This document shows positions 35,363 through 44,507 of a DNA stretch of 64,000 nt, piece by piece (position 1 is the stretch's first letter; each line of letters begins with the position of its first letter). The notes beneath the pieces are model-generated. The model worked only from the letters and a program-made list of their open reading frames with translations, was not told the DNA's origin and made no database searches. The translations under genes and the position numbers were made by a program. This DNA is from Acidobacteriota bacterium (GTDB lineage Bacteria > Acidobacteriota > Vicinamibacteria > Vicinamibacterales > SCN-69-37): assembly GCA_039933635.1 (NCBI GenBank), contig JBDTNQ010000005.1, positions 33,602-97,601 on the forward strand, in the 5' to 3' direction.

Positions 35363-36319
35363 TCATGGCGGCAGAATCAACGGCGGGAGCCCGGCTTCGA
35401 TGTCCGACCGATGCGTCTCTTCCCACGGCGGAAGTTTCAATCCGCGTCCCAGTGCCTCGGGCGCTTCGTCTATCGCGAAGCCGGGTTGCGCGGTTGCGAT
35501 CTCGAACAGCACGCCGCCGGGTTCGCGAAAGTAGATGGACTGAAAATACTGTCGATCCAGAATCCGCGTGACCTGCACGCCAAGGTCGAGCAGCATCTTG
35601 CGGATGCGCGCCTGCTCGTCAGACGTGGCGACGGCCATCGCGACGTGATGCACGGTTCCGACACCATTCATGCCGCGAAGCGTCGATGGCGCCGCCACGA
35701 CGTCGAACTCGTGTCCGGGCCCTGGTCCGCCTATGGCGAGCCGCGTGCGGTCGCCTTCCGTGGCCACGGTCGTGAAGCCGAGGACCGACGTCATGAACGA
35801 CAGCGTTTCGCTTGGCGATGCGATGGTCATGGTGACGCTGTGGACGCCCCGGACGGCCTGTGCCAATGTGACGCCGGTGGCCAGCCACGGCTCGCGCTGA
35901 TCGCGTTCCGTCGCGACGAGTTCGATCGTCAGGCCTGAGGGATCGGTCACGGCCACGACGGCCTCGCCGAAGCGTGAGGGCAGGCGCAGCGGCGAAAAGC
36001 CGCGGCCCGCCAGACGTTCGAGCCAGAAATCGAGCGAGCCGGCCGGCACTGACAGCGTGGTCGCCGTGACTTGCCCCGATCCGTGCTGACCCTTGCGCAC
36101 GCCGTGCCCGTGATACGGGAACGTCGTCCAGATCGTCCCGGGCGTGCCAGCCGTGTCTCCGTAGTAGAAGTGGTAGACGTGGCGGTTGTCGAAGTTGACC
36201 GTCTTCTTCACCAGGCGCATGCCCAGATCGCCGGCGAAGAAGTCGAGATCGGCCTGCGCCTGATCCACCGTTGCCGTGACGTGATGCAGGCCGAGGATGT
36301 GAATCGCCATGGGTTTCAC
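35363..36319 (-). CDS. VOC-family ring-cleaving dioxygenase/glyoxalase-like protein (two-domain)
   Basis: ILGLHHVTATVDQAQADLDFF...VYHFYYGD and a second VOC module (VHHVAMAV). The pattern resembles MhqO/YfiE-type dioxygenases. Confidence 0.75.
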   Translation of the reverse strand: MKPMAIHILGLHHVTATVDQAQADLDFFAGDLGMRLVKKTVNFDNRHVYHFYYGDTAGTPGTIWTTFPYHGHGVRKGQHGSGQVTATTLSVPAGSLDFWLERLAGRGFSPLRLPSRFGEAVVAVTDPSGLTIELVATERDQREPWLATGVTLAQAVRGVHSVTMTIASPSETLSFMTSVLGFTTVATEGDRTRLAIGGPGPGHEFDVVAAPSTLRGMNGVGTVHHVAMAVATSDEQARIRKMLLDLGVQVTRILDRQYFQSIYFREPGGVLFEIATAQPGFAIDEAPEALGRGLKLPPWEETHRSDIEAGLPPLILPP

Positions 36320-36732
36320 CTCACCATCAGGAGCGTGCCCGCTGCTACCAGCGCGGCGCCGCAGGCCGTCCGCAGCGTGATCTGCTCGCCGAGCACGAGC
36401 GCGGCCAGCACCACCGTAAACACCAGACTCAGCTTGTCAACGGATGCCACGGACGCGACGGGACCCATCTGCAACGCTCGAAAATAGGCGAGCCACGAGA
36501 TGCCGGTGCCCAGGCCCGACAGCACGAGCCAGAAGTAGGCTCGCGGTGTCAGCGACGCCATCTGCTGGTGCTCGCCACGCGCGACCACGATGGCCCACGC
36601 GAAGATGAGCACCACGCCGGTGCGAATGGCCGTCGCCAGATTGGAAGGCAACCCCGCCATGCCCATCTTGGCCGTCACGGTCGTGACGGCCGCGGCCACG
36701 GCCGACAGCAGCGCGAACCCCCACCAAGCCAT
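36316..36732 (-). CDS. EamA-like (DMT superfamily) small transporter
   Basis: 138 aa with about five TM helices and a single EamA-type repeat (ALLSAVAAAVTTVTAK...LSLVFTVVLAALVLGE). Confidence 0.7.
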   Translation of the reverse strand: MAWWGFALLSAVAAAVTTVTAKMGMAGLPSNLATAIRTGVVLIFAWAIVVARGEHQQMASLTPRAYFWLVLSGLGTGISWLAYFRALQMGPVASVASVDKLSLVFTVVLAALVLGEQITLRTACGAALVAAGTLLMVR

Positions 36733-36809
36733 GGGAAGATCTTAACGTCGAAGTTCGAACTTCCAACTGCGAACACACGGCCCGAGCTCTCGACCTCTCA
36801 GCCTCGGCC

Positions 36810-37730
36810 TCAGTCGAACACGATCGTCCTGTTCCCGTTCAGGAACACGCGATCCTCGAAGACCAGCTTCAGCGCCTTCGCCAGCACAATTTTCTCGACG
36901 TCACGTCCGGCGCGGGCCATTTCGTCTGCGCGGAAGCTGTGGTCGACCGGCACCACGGACTGCGCAATGATCGGCCCCTCGTCGAGTGCGTCGGTCACGA
37001 AGTGCGCGGTGGCGCCAATGATCTTCACGCCGCGTTCGAAGGCCTGCCGGTACGGGTTCGCACCGACGAACGCCGGCAGGAACGAGTGGTGGATGTTCAC
37101 GATGCGGCGGGGATAGCGGCCGATGAAGTTCGTGCTGAGCACGCGCATGTACTTCGCCAGGACGACGTGATCGACGGGATAGCCGGCAAGCACGTCCAGA
37201 ATTGCGCGCTCGTGCGATTCGCGGCTCAGGCCCTCATGAGGCACGTGCACGAAGGGGACGTCGAAGCGATCCGTCAGCTCGCGCAGCACGTCTCGGTTGC
37301 CGATCACCGCGTCAATCGTCGCGCCGAGGTCTCCGTGTGCGTGCCGGAGCAGCAACTCACCGAGACAGTGATGTTCACGCGTGACGAGAACGACCACGCG
37401 GGGACGGCGATCGCCGCTGATCGTCACGGTAGCGCCGCCCGGGACCACGCCCGTCACCTCGTGGAGCAGCCTGTCACGTGTCGCGTGCCCGCCGACGAAC
37501 TCCGTCCGCATGAAGAACCGGCTGCTCGCGTCGTCGACGAACTCGTCGTTGGTGATGATGTTGACGCCGTGACGTCCGAGGACGCCGGTGATGGCGTGGA
37601 TCAGGCCAGGTCGATCGGTGCAATCCACGCGGAGGATGAGTGGAGAGTCAGGCCCTGGCGCAGTCACGACAGCCTCATGGGGAACGATTGTCGCAGAAAG
37701 CGTGCCTCTGCCCGTCCGTCGGCCTGCCAT
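36810..37730 (-). CDS. purU: Formyltetrahydrofolate deformylase
   Basis: N-terminal ACT domain (LILRVDCTDRPGLIHAITGVL) plus a formyltransferase core (IVNIHHSFLPAFVGANPY, IIGATAHFVT). Confidence 0.9.
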   Translation of the reverse strand: MAGRRTGRGTLSATIVPHEAVVTAPGPDSPLILRVDCTDRPGLIHAITGVLGRHGVNIITNDEFVDDASSRFFMRTEFVGGHATRDRLLHEVTGVVPGGATVTISGDRRPRVVVLVTREHHCLGELLLRHAHGDLGATIDAVIGNRDVLRELTDRFDVPFVHVPHEGLSRESHERAILDVLAGYPVDHVVLAKYMRVLSTNFIGRYPRRIVNIHHSFLPAFVGANPYRQAFERGVKIIGATAHFVTDALDEGPIIAQSVVPVDHSFRADEMARAGRDVEKIVLAKALKLVFEDRVFLNGNRTIVFD

Positions 37731-37752
37731 TGCACGCTCGACTGCTTTTGCA

Positions 37753-38559
37753 ATGGCGGCGCTCCTGCGACAGGATGCACGAGACGGGAACGGAGGCGCG
37801 GTGTTTCCCTATCGCGACGAGAACGAGACCCAGCGGACGGCTGTTGTGACGATCGCCATCATCGCGGCGTGTGTGGTGGCGTGGATTGTCGTCCAGGGTG
37901 CCGGCGCGATGCTGCCGCTGGCATCATCGGTCTGCAATTTCGGCCTGATTCCCGGCGAGCTGCTGGGGACGGTGGCGCCGGGCACCGAGATTCCGATGGG
38001 CGACCAGCTCACGTGCCTGACCGATCCCGGGCCCCAGGCGTCTCATCTGTTCACGCACATGTTCCTCCACGGTTCGTGGATGCACCTCCTTGGAAACATG
38101 TGGTTCCTCTGGCTCTTCGGCAACAACATCGAGGACGCGATGACGCGCCCGCGCTTCATCGCGTTCTACCTGCTCTGCGGACTCGCGGCCGCGGGTCTTC
38201 AGCTGTTCATGTCGCCGAACTCGGCGATTCCGATGGTGGGCGCGTCGGGCGCGATCAGCGGCGTGATGGGCGCCTATCTGGTGCTGTTCCCTCGCGTGCG
38301 CGTGTACACCGTCATTCCGCTGGGGTTCTTCCTGCAGACGTTCGCGCTGCCCGCGTGGGCGATGCTGTTGTACTGGGCCGCGCTGCAACTGCTTGGCGGC
38401 TTCGGCGGCGGTGACCCCGGCGGCGGTGGCGTCGCCTTCTGGGCGCACGTGGGTGGCTTTGTTGCTGGTGTCGTGCTGGTGAGGCTGTTTACCCGCCCGG
38501 ATCACCTCGCCGCCCATCGGGCCGCCGCATGGCGCCCGGCATCCGGCGGGCTTCAGTAG
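37753..38559 (+). CDS. Rhomboid family intramembrane serine protease
   Basis: HMFLHGSWMHLLGNMWFLWLFG, catalytic GASGAISG, and His in WAHVGGF. Start placed at the ATG at 37753; a GTG at 37801 is also possible. Confidence 0.85.
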   Translation: MAALLRQDARDGNGGAVFPYRDENETQRTAVVTIAIIAACVVAWIVVQGAGAMLPLASSVCNFGLIPGELLGTVAPGTEIPMGDQLTCLTDPGPQASHLFTHMFLHGSWMHLLGNMWFLWLFGNNIEDAMTRPRFIAFYLLCGLAAAGLQLFMSPNSAIPMVGASGAISGVMGAYLVLFPRVRVYTVIPLGFFLQTFALPAWAMLLYWAALQLLGGFGGGDPGGGGVAFWAHVGGFVAGVVLVRLFTRPDHLAAHRAAAWRPASGGLQ

Positions 38560-38571
38560 TTCGGTGATGTC

Positions 38572-39933
38572 GTGATGAACGCTGGCGACCCCTTAGAGAC
38601 GACCCGCGTCGTGGATCGCGATAACGGCGGCGCGGGCAGATTCGTCGTCGCCATCGTGGCCGTCGGGCTGGGCGCCGCGCTGTTCGCCGTCGTGTTCCGT
38701 CGCCTGCTGGCGTGGTGGTATCAGGCGGCGTTTCACGCGAACACCATTGTCGAGGCGGTGACCGAGTCGCCGTGGTGGCTGCGACTCGGCGTCCCCCTGG
38801 CCGGCGGCATCGCCGCGGGCGTCGTCCTTGTGCTTCGTTCCGGTCGGGGCCAGAACGTCAGCAACGTGATGGAAGCGATCGCGCTCGGGCACGTGCGGCT
38901 GTCGTTACGCGCGACGCTGTCGCGGGTGGCGGCGTCATGGGCGGCCATGGCCGGCGGATTGTCGATTGGGCGTGAGGGACCGCTGATCGAGTTCGGCGGA
39001 TCGCTCGGCGCGGCGGCCGGCCGGCTGTTCGCCACGCCGCTCGCGCGCACGCGTGTCTTGATTGCCGCCGGCACGGCCGCGGGGTTCGCCGCGGCCTACA
39101 ACACGCCGCTGGCCGCCGTGCTGTTCGTGTTCGAGACGATTGCCGGCGTGGCGGCGCTCGAACTGCTGCTCCCGGTGATGGCGGCAACCGTCGTGGCGAC
39201 CGTGGTGACCCGCGCGCTCGTCGGCGGCGGGCCATTGTATGGACAGCGGGCGTTCGGTGGCGGGGCGCCGGTCGAGTTGCTCACGTTCGCCCTGCTCGGG
39301 ATCGTCGCCGCAGGGGTGGCGATGGGCTTCAAGACGGTGCTGACGATCGGGGAGCGGCTGTTCGAAGCCTCGGCGCTGCCGCGTCCGCTGCGGACCGCGA
39401 TTGGCGGGGCGACGGTCGGCGCCATTGCCATCTGGCTCCCCGCGGTCGTCGGGAATGGCTACGAGCCGCTGAACGCGGTGCTCAATGGTCAGTTCGCGCT
39501 CGTGACTGTCGGCATGCTGGTGTTCGCGAAGGTCGTCGCCACGAGCGCGTCGGTGGGATCGGGTGTCCCGGGTGGCGTCTTCACGCCGATGCTGCTGGTC
39601 GGCGGGGCGACCGGCACCATCTGGTTCCATCTGGCCGCGTCGATCGGGTTGCCGGTGTCCGCCGGCGCCGGCACCTACGCCCTCGTTGGGATGGCTGCCG
39701 CGGCGGCGGCCAGCACCCACGCGCCGCTCACCGCGGCGGTGATGATCTTCGAAGTATCCGGAGACTATCCACTCGTCGTGCCGTTGGTCCTGGCGACTGC
39801 CGTTGCGGTGGCTACGTCGCGGGTCCTGGGCGGCGAGTCGCTGTACGAGGCCGAGTTGCGGCGTCGTGGCCTGGGCTGGGAGATCACGCTCGAGGGCCGA
39901 CGCCTGAGTGGGGAGGACCTTAAACCGAATTAA
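38572..39933 (+). CDS. ClC-family voltage-gated chloride channel/antiporter
   Basis: Canonical ClC motifs GREGPLIEFG and GSGVPGGVFTP. Confidence 0.85.
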   Translation: MMNAGDPLETTRVVDRDNGGAGRFVVAIVAVGLGAALFAVVFRRLLAWWYQAAFHANTIVEAVTESPWWLRLGVPLAGGIAAGVVLVLRSGRGQNVSNVMEAIALGHVRLSLRATLSRVAASWAAMAGGLSIGREGPLIEFGGSLGAAAGRLFATPLARTRVLIAAGTAAGFAAAYNTPLAAVLFVFETIAGVAALELLLPVMAATVVATVVTRALVGGGPLYGQRAFGGGAPVELLTFALLGIVAAGVAMGFKTVLTIGERLFEASALPRPLRTAIGGATVGAIAIWLPAVVGNGYEPLNAVLNGQFALVTVGMLVFAKVVATSASVGSGVPGGVFTPMLLVGGATGTIWFHLAASIGLPVSAGAGTYALVGMAAAAAASTHAPLTAAVMIFEVSGDYPLVVPLVLATAVAVATSRVLGGESLYEAELRRRGLGWEITLEGRRLSGEDLKPN

Positions 39934-40019
39934 TTCCCCCTTCATGGTCTCCTCAGGGCTGGCGACGTCCAATGAAGTAGATGGCAGAGGGTCATCGGCT
40001 TTTGAAGGAGATTTCGACC

Positions 40020-40391
40020 ATGAAGATCGTTCACGCCGCCGTCATTGCGAGCCTTCTGGTGGCCGCACCGGTGTTCGCTCAGACCACCACCCCCGCGCCG
40101 AAACCGGCGAAGACGGCACCCGCGCCGAAACCCGCGACGACGACGGCCGTTCACGCCACGAAGGGAGTCGTGAAATCGGTGGACGCGACGACCCTCGTCA
40201 TCACCAAAGCTGGCGGAAAGGGGCCGGAAACGACCTTCGTCCTGAACCCTTCGACGCAGAAGCAAGGTGACATCTCGATTGGCGCCTCGGTCGACGTGCG
40301 GTACCACACCGACGGCAAGTCGAAGGTGGCGTCGGCGATCAGCGTGCAGGAAGCCAAATCCTCCGCCTCCAAGGCCAAGGCGACAAAGTAG
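40020..40391 (+). CDS. Small secreted Lys/Thr/Ala-rich protein of unknown function
   Basis: The ATG at 40020 is preceded by AAGGAG. Signal peptide (AAVIASLLVAAPVFAQ), a low-complexity TPAPKPA linker and a small beta-rich domain. Confidence 0.55.
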   Translation: MKIVHAAVIASLLVAAPVFAQTTTPAPKPAKTAPAPKPATTTAVHATKGVVKSVDATTLVITKAGGKGPETTFVLNPSTQKQGDISIGASVDVRYHTDGKSKVASAISVQEAKSSASKAKATK

Positions 40392-40424
40392 GCGCCGCTG
40401 TCCACGAACTGATCGAGACCGCGT

Positions 40425-41270
40425 GTGCGCACTCCGCCAGCCGGGCAGTCGACCCGCACCGTCCGAAACCCGGTTCGTCATCGAGGCCCGGTTGTCCGGC
40501 TGGTGGCCGCGTTGGTGCTCGTCGCCGTCGGGCTCATGGTGACGCCGCTGCGCGCGGCATCGACCGCGGCCCAACGTGACGAGCCACTGACGATTCGCGG
40601 CCGCGAACAGGTGCTGCACCTCTACGGTTCGCCTGGCGGCGAGCCGGTGGTGATTGCGAGCGGCGACGGCGGCTGGGTGCACCTGGCACCGCATCTGGCG
40701 GAGTTCCTGGCCGCGCGAGGCTATTTCGTCGTGGGCGTGGACAGCCGGGCCTATCTCGAAAGCTTCACGTCGACCTCGTCGTCGCTGGCGAAATCCGACG
40801 TTCCGGGTGATTTCCGAGTGGTTCTCGCGCGTGCGATGGGGGCCGCGGACCGGAAACCGGCGTTGATCGGGGTGTCGGAGGGGGCCGGCCTGGCGGTGCT
40901 GGCCGCCGGTGATCCCGGCGTCCAGCACGTGATTCGTGGCGTGCTCGTGGTGGGGTTGCCCGACCTGAATGAACTGGCGTGGCGCTGGAGGGACGACCTG
41001 ATCTACGTGACTCACGGTGTGCCCAATGAACCGCTGTTCAGTGCCGCCGCAGCCATCGCCCGTGTGGCGCCGGTGCCCGTCGCCGGCATTTACGCGAGCC
41101 ACGACGAGTTCGTGCCCGAGGCGGATGCCCGGCGCGTGGCCGACTCCGCGGGGGAGCCGAAGCGCTTCTGGACCGTCCCAGCGGCAAATCACCGATTCAG
41201 CGACAATCTCAACGAGCTGGATACGCGCCTCGCCGACGCATTGGCGTGGATGTCGGGTCCAGGGCGCTGA
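40425..41270 (+). CDS. VirJ/AcvB-like alpha/beta hydrolase (putative aminoacyl-phosphatidylglycerol hydrolase)
   Basis: Signal/TM segment, then VIASGDGGWVHLAPHLAEFLAARGYFVVGVDSRAYL (VirJ-type SGDGGW motif) and a nucleophile elbow GVSEGAG. It lies immediately upstream of mprF. Confidence 0.65.
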   Translation: MRTPPAGQSTRTVRNPVRHRGPVVRLVAALVLVAVGLMVTPLRAASTAAQRDEPLTIRGREQVLHLYGSPGGEPVVIASGDGGWVHLAPHLAEFLAARGYFVVGVDSRAYLESFTSTSSSLAKSDVPGDFRVVLARAMGAADRKPALIGVSEGAGLAVLAAGDPGVQHVIRGVLVVGLPDLNELAWRWRDDLIYVTHGVPNEPLFSAAAAIARVAPVPVAGIYASHDEFVPEADARRVADSAGEPKRFWTVPAANHRFSDNLNELDTRLADALAWMSGPGR

Positions 41271-41279
41271 GGTGTTGGC

Positions 41280-43829
41280 GTGGGTCAGCGACTGCGACGT
41301 GCGCTCCCCGCTCTTATCGGCGTGCTCCTCTTCGGCACCGCGCTGGCCGTGCTGCACCGCGAACTGGCGGCGCTCACGTGGCGTGACCTCAGTCGCGATC
41401 TACTCGCCACGCCGTTCACGCGGCTGGGTCTGGCGCTGCTCTTCACTGTCATGAGCTACGCCATCCTCGCCGCATACGACCTGCTCGGCTTTCAGAGCAT
41501 CCGCAAGCGCCTGCCTGCGGCGAACGTGGTGCTCGCGTCCTGTCTGTCCTACGCCATCGCCCACAGCATCGGCTTCTCGATCGTGTCCGGCGCCTCGATT
41601 CGGTATCGGTTCTACACGCGCTGGGGGGTGACCGCCGGCGAGCTTTCCCAGCTTCTCGTGTCGTACACAGTGACCTTCTGGCTCGGCGTGTTCGTGCTGG
41701 GCGGGATCAGCCTGATCGTGGCGCCGCCGTCTTCGATCCTGGGGTGGCCGGTCGGCGCCTGGGCGCCATTCGCCGGCGAAGCGCTGATCGCCGTGCCGAT
41801 CGTGTTCGTGCTGATGACTATGGTGCGCCGCGCGCCGCTGACCGTCGCCGGAATGGCCATGCCATGGCCGTCACCTGGGACCGCCCTGCTGCAGGTCATC
41901 GCATCGGTAAGCGACTGGGCCATGACGGCAGCCGTGTTGTTCGTGCTGCTGCCGTCCGGCGCGATATCGTTCTGGGCTTTTGTCGGGCCATTTCTCCTGG
42001 CCGTCCTGGCCGGCGGCGCCAGCCACCTGCCTGGCGGGATCGGCGTGCTCGAGGGCACGCTCGTCCTGCTTCTGCAGCCGTACATCACCAGCGCGGAGCT
42101 CGTGCCGCGCCTCGTCGTGTACCGCGCCTGCTACTACCTGCTGCCGTTCGCGATCGCGCTGGTCGTGATGACGGCTGACGAACTGCGGCAGCGCCGGGCG
42201 CAGGCTGCGCGGTGGAGCTCGCGGCTCGGCGAGATCACCGAGCAAATCACTCCAATGCTCTTCGGCTCCCTCGCCTTCGTCGCCGGCGTTGTGCTGCTGT
42301 TTTCGGGCGCGACGCCCGCCGCGCGCGGACGCCTCGACCTGCTGCATCGATGGCTGCCGCTCGGAGTCATCGAGGTCTCCCACTTCACCGGCAGCGTCGT
42401 TGGCGCCTGCCTGCTGATTCTGTCGCAGGGCCTGCGACGACGGTTGGACAGTGCCTACTACCTGACTGCGACGGCCCTGGCTGTCGGGGCGGCTGTGTCC
42501 CTGCTAAAGGGGCTCGACTACGAAGAGGCCATTGCGCTCGTGGCCATGTTCGCCATCTTTCGGCGGGCGCGGCCGGCGTTCGACCGCCGCGGCGCGTTCT
42601 TCGACACCACGTTCTCGCCGCTCTGGGTCGCCTCGGTCGTGTCGGCGATTGGCGCATCGGCCTGGTTGGGACGTTTCGCATTCAAGCACGTTTCGTTCGC
42701 GGATCAGCTCTGGTGGCAATTCGAGCTCCACGGACAGGCCTCGCGGTCGCTGCGCGCCGCCGTTGGCGCGGCGATGGTGGCGCTGGTCTTCGGCGTCACG
42801 CGTCTCGTCCGGCGCGCGCCGCACGAGGTCACCGCTCCAACGGACGCGGATCTCGATGACGCGATGCGGATCGTGCGCGCGCAGTCGGACACGGCGCCGA
42901 ACCTCGTGTTCCTGCGTGACAAGGGCCTGATTTTCGATGCCGACCGCCGGGCGTTCCTCATGTATGCGGTGCAGGGGCGCACGTGGGTTGCCTTGGGCGA
43001 TCCGGTCGGGCCCGACGATGCGGCCGCGGGCATCATCCGGGCGTTCCTGGAGCGGTGCGACGACTTCGGTGGCGTCCCTGTCTTCTACGAGGTGAGCGCG
43101 AAACACCTGCATCGCTACGCCGACGTGGGACTGACGTGCGTCAAGATCGGCGAAGAGGCTCGTGTCGACCTCGCGCGTCTGACGCTCGACGGGCCCGCCG
43201 GCGCCAAATACCGCAAGGTGATCCGGCGGCTCGAGAAGGACGGAGGCAGGTTCCGCGTGCTCCCCGCCGACGAGGTGCCCGGCGTGCTTCCCGCGTTACG
43301 TGCGGTCTCCGACGACTGGCTGTCGGCGCGTGCCGGCTCCGAGAAGGGTTTCTCCCTCGGCTTCTTCGACGACGGGTATCTCATGAGGTTTCCTGTCGCG
43401 GTCGTCGAGGTGGACGAGCGAGTGGTAGCGTTCGCCACGTTGTGGCCCGGCGCGGACCGGGGGGAACTCTCCGTCGACCTCATGCGGTTCCACCACGACG
43501 CCCCGAAGGGCACGATGGAGGCCCTGTTCGCCCATCTCCTCGTGTGGGGTCAGGCTGAGGGATTTCGCTGGTTTGCCCTCGGCATGGCCCCGCTTTCCGG
43601 CGTGGAGCGGTCGCCCTCCGCGTCGCTCTGGAACCGCGTGGGCGCGTTCGTGTTCGCGCATGGGGGCCGGGTCTACAACTTCCAGGGCCTGCGTGCCTAC
43701 AAGGAGAAGTTCGATCCCATTTGGAGTCCGAGGTACCTCGCGTATCAGGGTGGCGGTCACTTGCCGCGACTGCTTGCCGACATCGCCGCCTTGGTGGCGG
43801 GTGGTTATCAACGACTGTTCCGGAGCTGA
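41280..43829 (+). CDS. mprF: Bifunctional lysylphosphatidylglycerol flippase/synthetase MprF
   Basis: 849 aa. Polytopic N-terminal flippase half plus a C-terminal aminoacyl-PG synthase (DUF2156) half (FLMYAVQGRTWVALGDPVG...FSLGFFD...YNFQGLRAYKEKFDPIW). Confidence 0.9.
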   Translation: MGQRLRRALPALIGVLLFGTALAVLHRELAALTWRDLSRDLLATPFTRLGLALLFTVMSYAILAAYDLLGFQSIRKRLPAANVVLASCLSYAIAHSIGFSIVSGASIRYRFYTRWGVTAGELSQLLVSYTVTFWLGVFVLGGISLIVAPPSSILGWPVGAWAPFAGEALIAVPIVFVLMTMVRRAPLTVAGMAMPWPSPGTALLQVIASVSDWAMTAAVLFVLLPSGAISFWAFVGPFLLAVLAGGASHLPGGIGVLEGTLVLLLQPYITSAELVPRLVVYRACYYLLPFAIALVVMTADELRQRRAQAARWSSRLGEITEQITPMLFGSLAFVAGVVLLFSGATPAARGRLDLLHRWLPLGVIEVSHFTGSVVGACLLILSQGLRRRLDSAYYLTATALAVGAAVSLLKGLDYEEAIALVAMFAIFRRARPAFDRRGAFFDTTFSPLWVASVVSAIGASAWLGRFAFKHVSFADQLWWQFELHGQASRSLRAAVGAAMVALVFGVTRLVRRAPHEVTAPTDADLDDAMRIVRAQSDTAPNLVFLRDKGLIFDADRRAFLMYAVQGRTWVALGDPVGPDDAAAGIIRAFLERCDDFGGVPVFYEVSAKHLHRYADVGLTCVKIGEEARVDLARLTLDGPAGAKYRKVIRRLEKDGGRFRVLPADEVPGVLPALRAVSDDWLSARAGSEKGFSLGFFDDGYLMRFPVAVVEVDERVVAFATLWPGADRGELSVDLMRFHHDAPKGTMEALFAHLLVWGQAEGFRWFALGMAPLSGVERSPSASLWNRVGAFVFAHGGRVYNFQGLRAYKEKFDPIWSPRYLAYQGGGHLPRLLADIAALVAGGYQRLFRS

Positions 43830-43832
43830 ATC

Positions 43833-44507
43833 ATGCGTATTCTCGTGGTGGAAGACGATCGAAAAGTGGCGGGTTTCGTTCAGGGCGGACTCGAGCAGGA
43901 GGGCTACGCCGTCGATGTGCTACACGAGGGCATCTCGGCCGGCGCTCACGCCTCGACGGTGGATTACGACGCCGTCGTACTCGACCTGATGCTCCCCGGA
44001 CGTTCAGGGCTGCAGGTGCTGCGCGACATCCGCGCCCGGAAGCCCGCGCTGCCTGTCTTGATCCTGACGGCCAAGGATTCGGTCGACGCGCGCGTGGCGG
44101 GCCTCGACAGCGGCGCCGATGACTACATGGCCAAGCCGTTCGCGTTGGCCGAGCTCTCGGCGCGCTTGCGCGCGCTGTTGCGCCGTGGATCGCCGAAGGA
44201 GACGCGCTTGCGCGTCGCCGATCTCGAAATGGATACGAGCCGGCGCATCGTGAACCGCGCCGGGAGATCCATCGAGCTGAAGCCCAAGGAGTACGCGCTG
44301 CTCGAGTTCCTCATGCGGAACAGCGACCGTCCCGTGACGCGGTCGCTCATCATTGAACATGTCTGGGACATTCACTTCGACAGCGTCAGCAACGTCGTCG
44401 AAGTGCATATCAACTCGCTGAGGAACAAGGTGGATCGCGGCTTCCCGTCGCCGTTGATCCAGACGGTGCGCGGTGTCGGCTATATGCTGACCGACAGATC
44501 CTCGTGA
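43833..44507 (+). CDS. OmpR-family response regulator, CusR/CzcR-like
   Basis: MRILVVEDD...VVLDLMLPGRSG...ADDYMAKPF plus a winged helix (IQTVRGVGYML). Confidence 0.85.
   Translation: MRILVVEDDRKVAGFVQGGLEQEGYAVDVLHEGISAGAHASTVDYDAVVLDLMLPGRSGLQVLRDIRARKPALPVLILTAKDSVDARVAGLDSGADDYMAKPFALAELSARLRALLRRGSPKETRLRVADLEMDTSRRIVNRAGRSIELKPKEYALLEFLMRNSDRPVTRSLIIEHVWDIHFDSVSNVVEVHINSLRNKVDRGFPSPLIQTVRGVGYMLTDRSS

Noticed and set aside
38560-38571. Possibility of a fluoride riboswitch upstream of the ClC gene.
   Set aside because: Only 12 nt separate the rhomboid stop from the ClC start, and the channel has the canonical chloride-type motifs (GSGVPGG, GREGP) rather than the ClC-F type.
39927-39936. 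The AT-only palindrome GAATTAATTC overlapping the ClC stop codon.
   Set aside because: A single short palindrome with no partner site or flanking structure. It is probably fortuitous.
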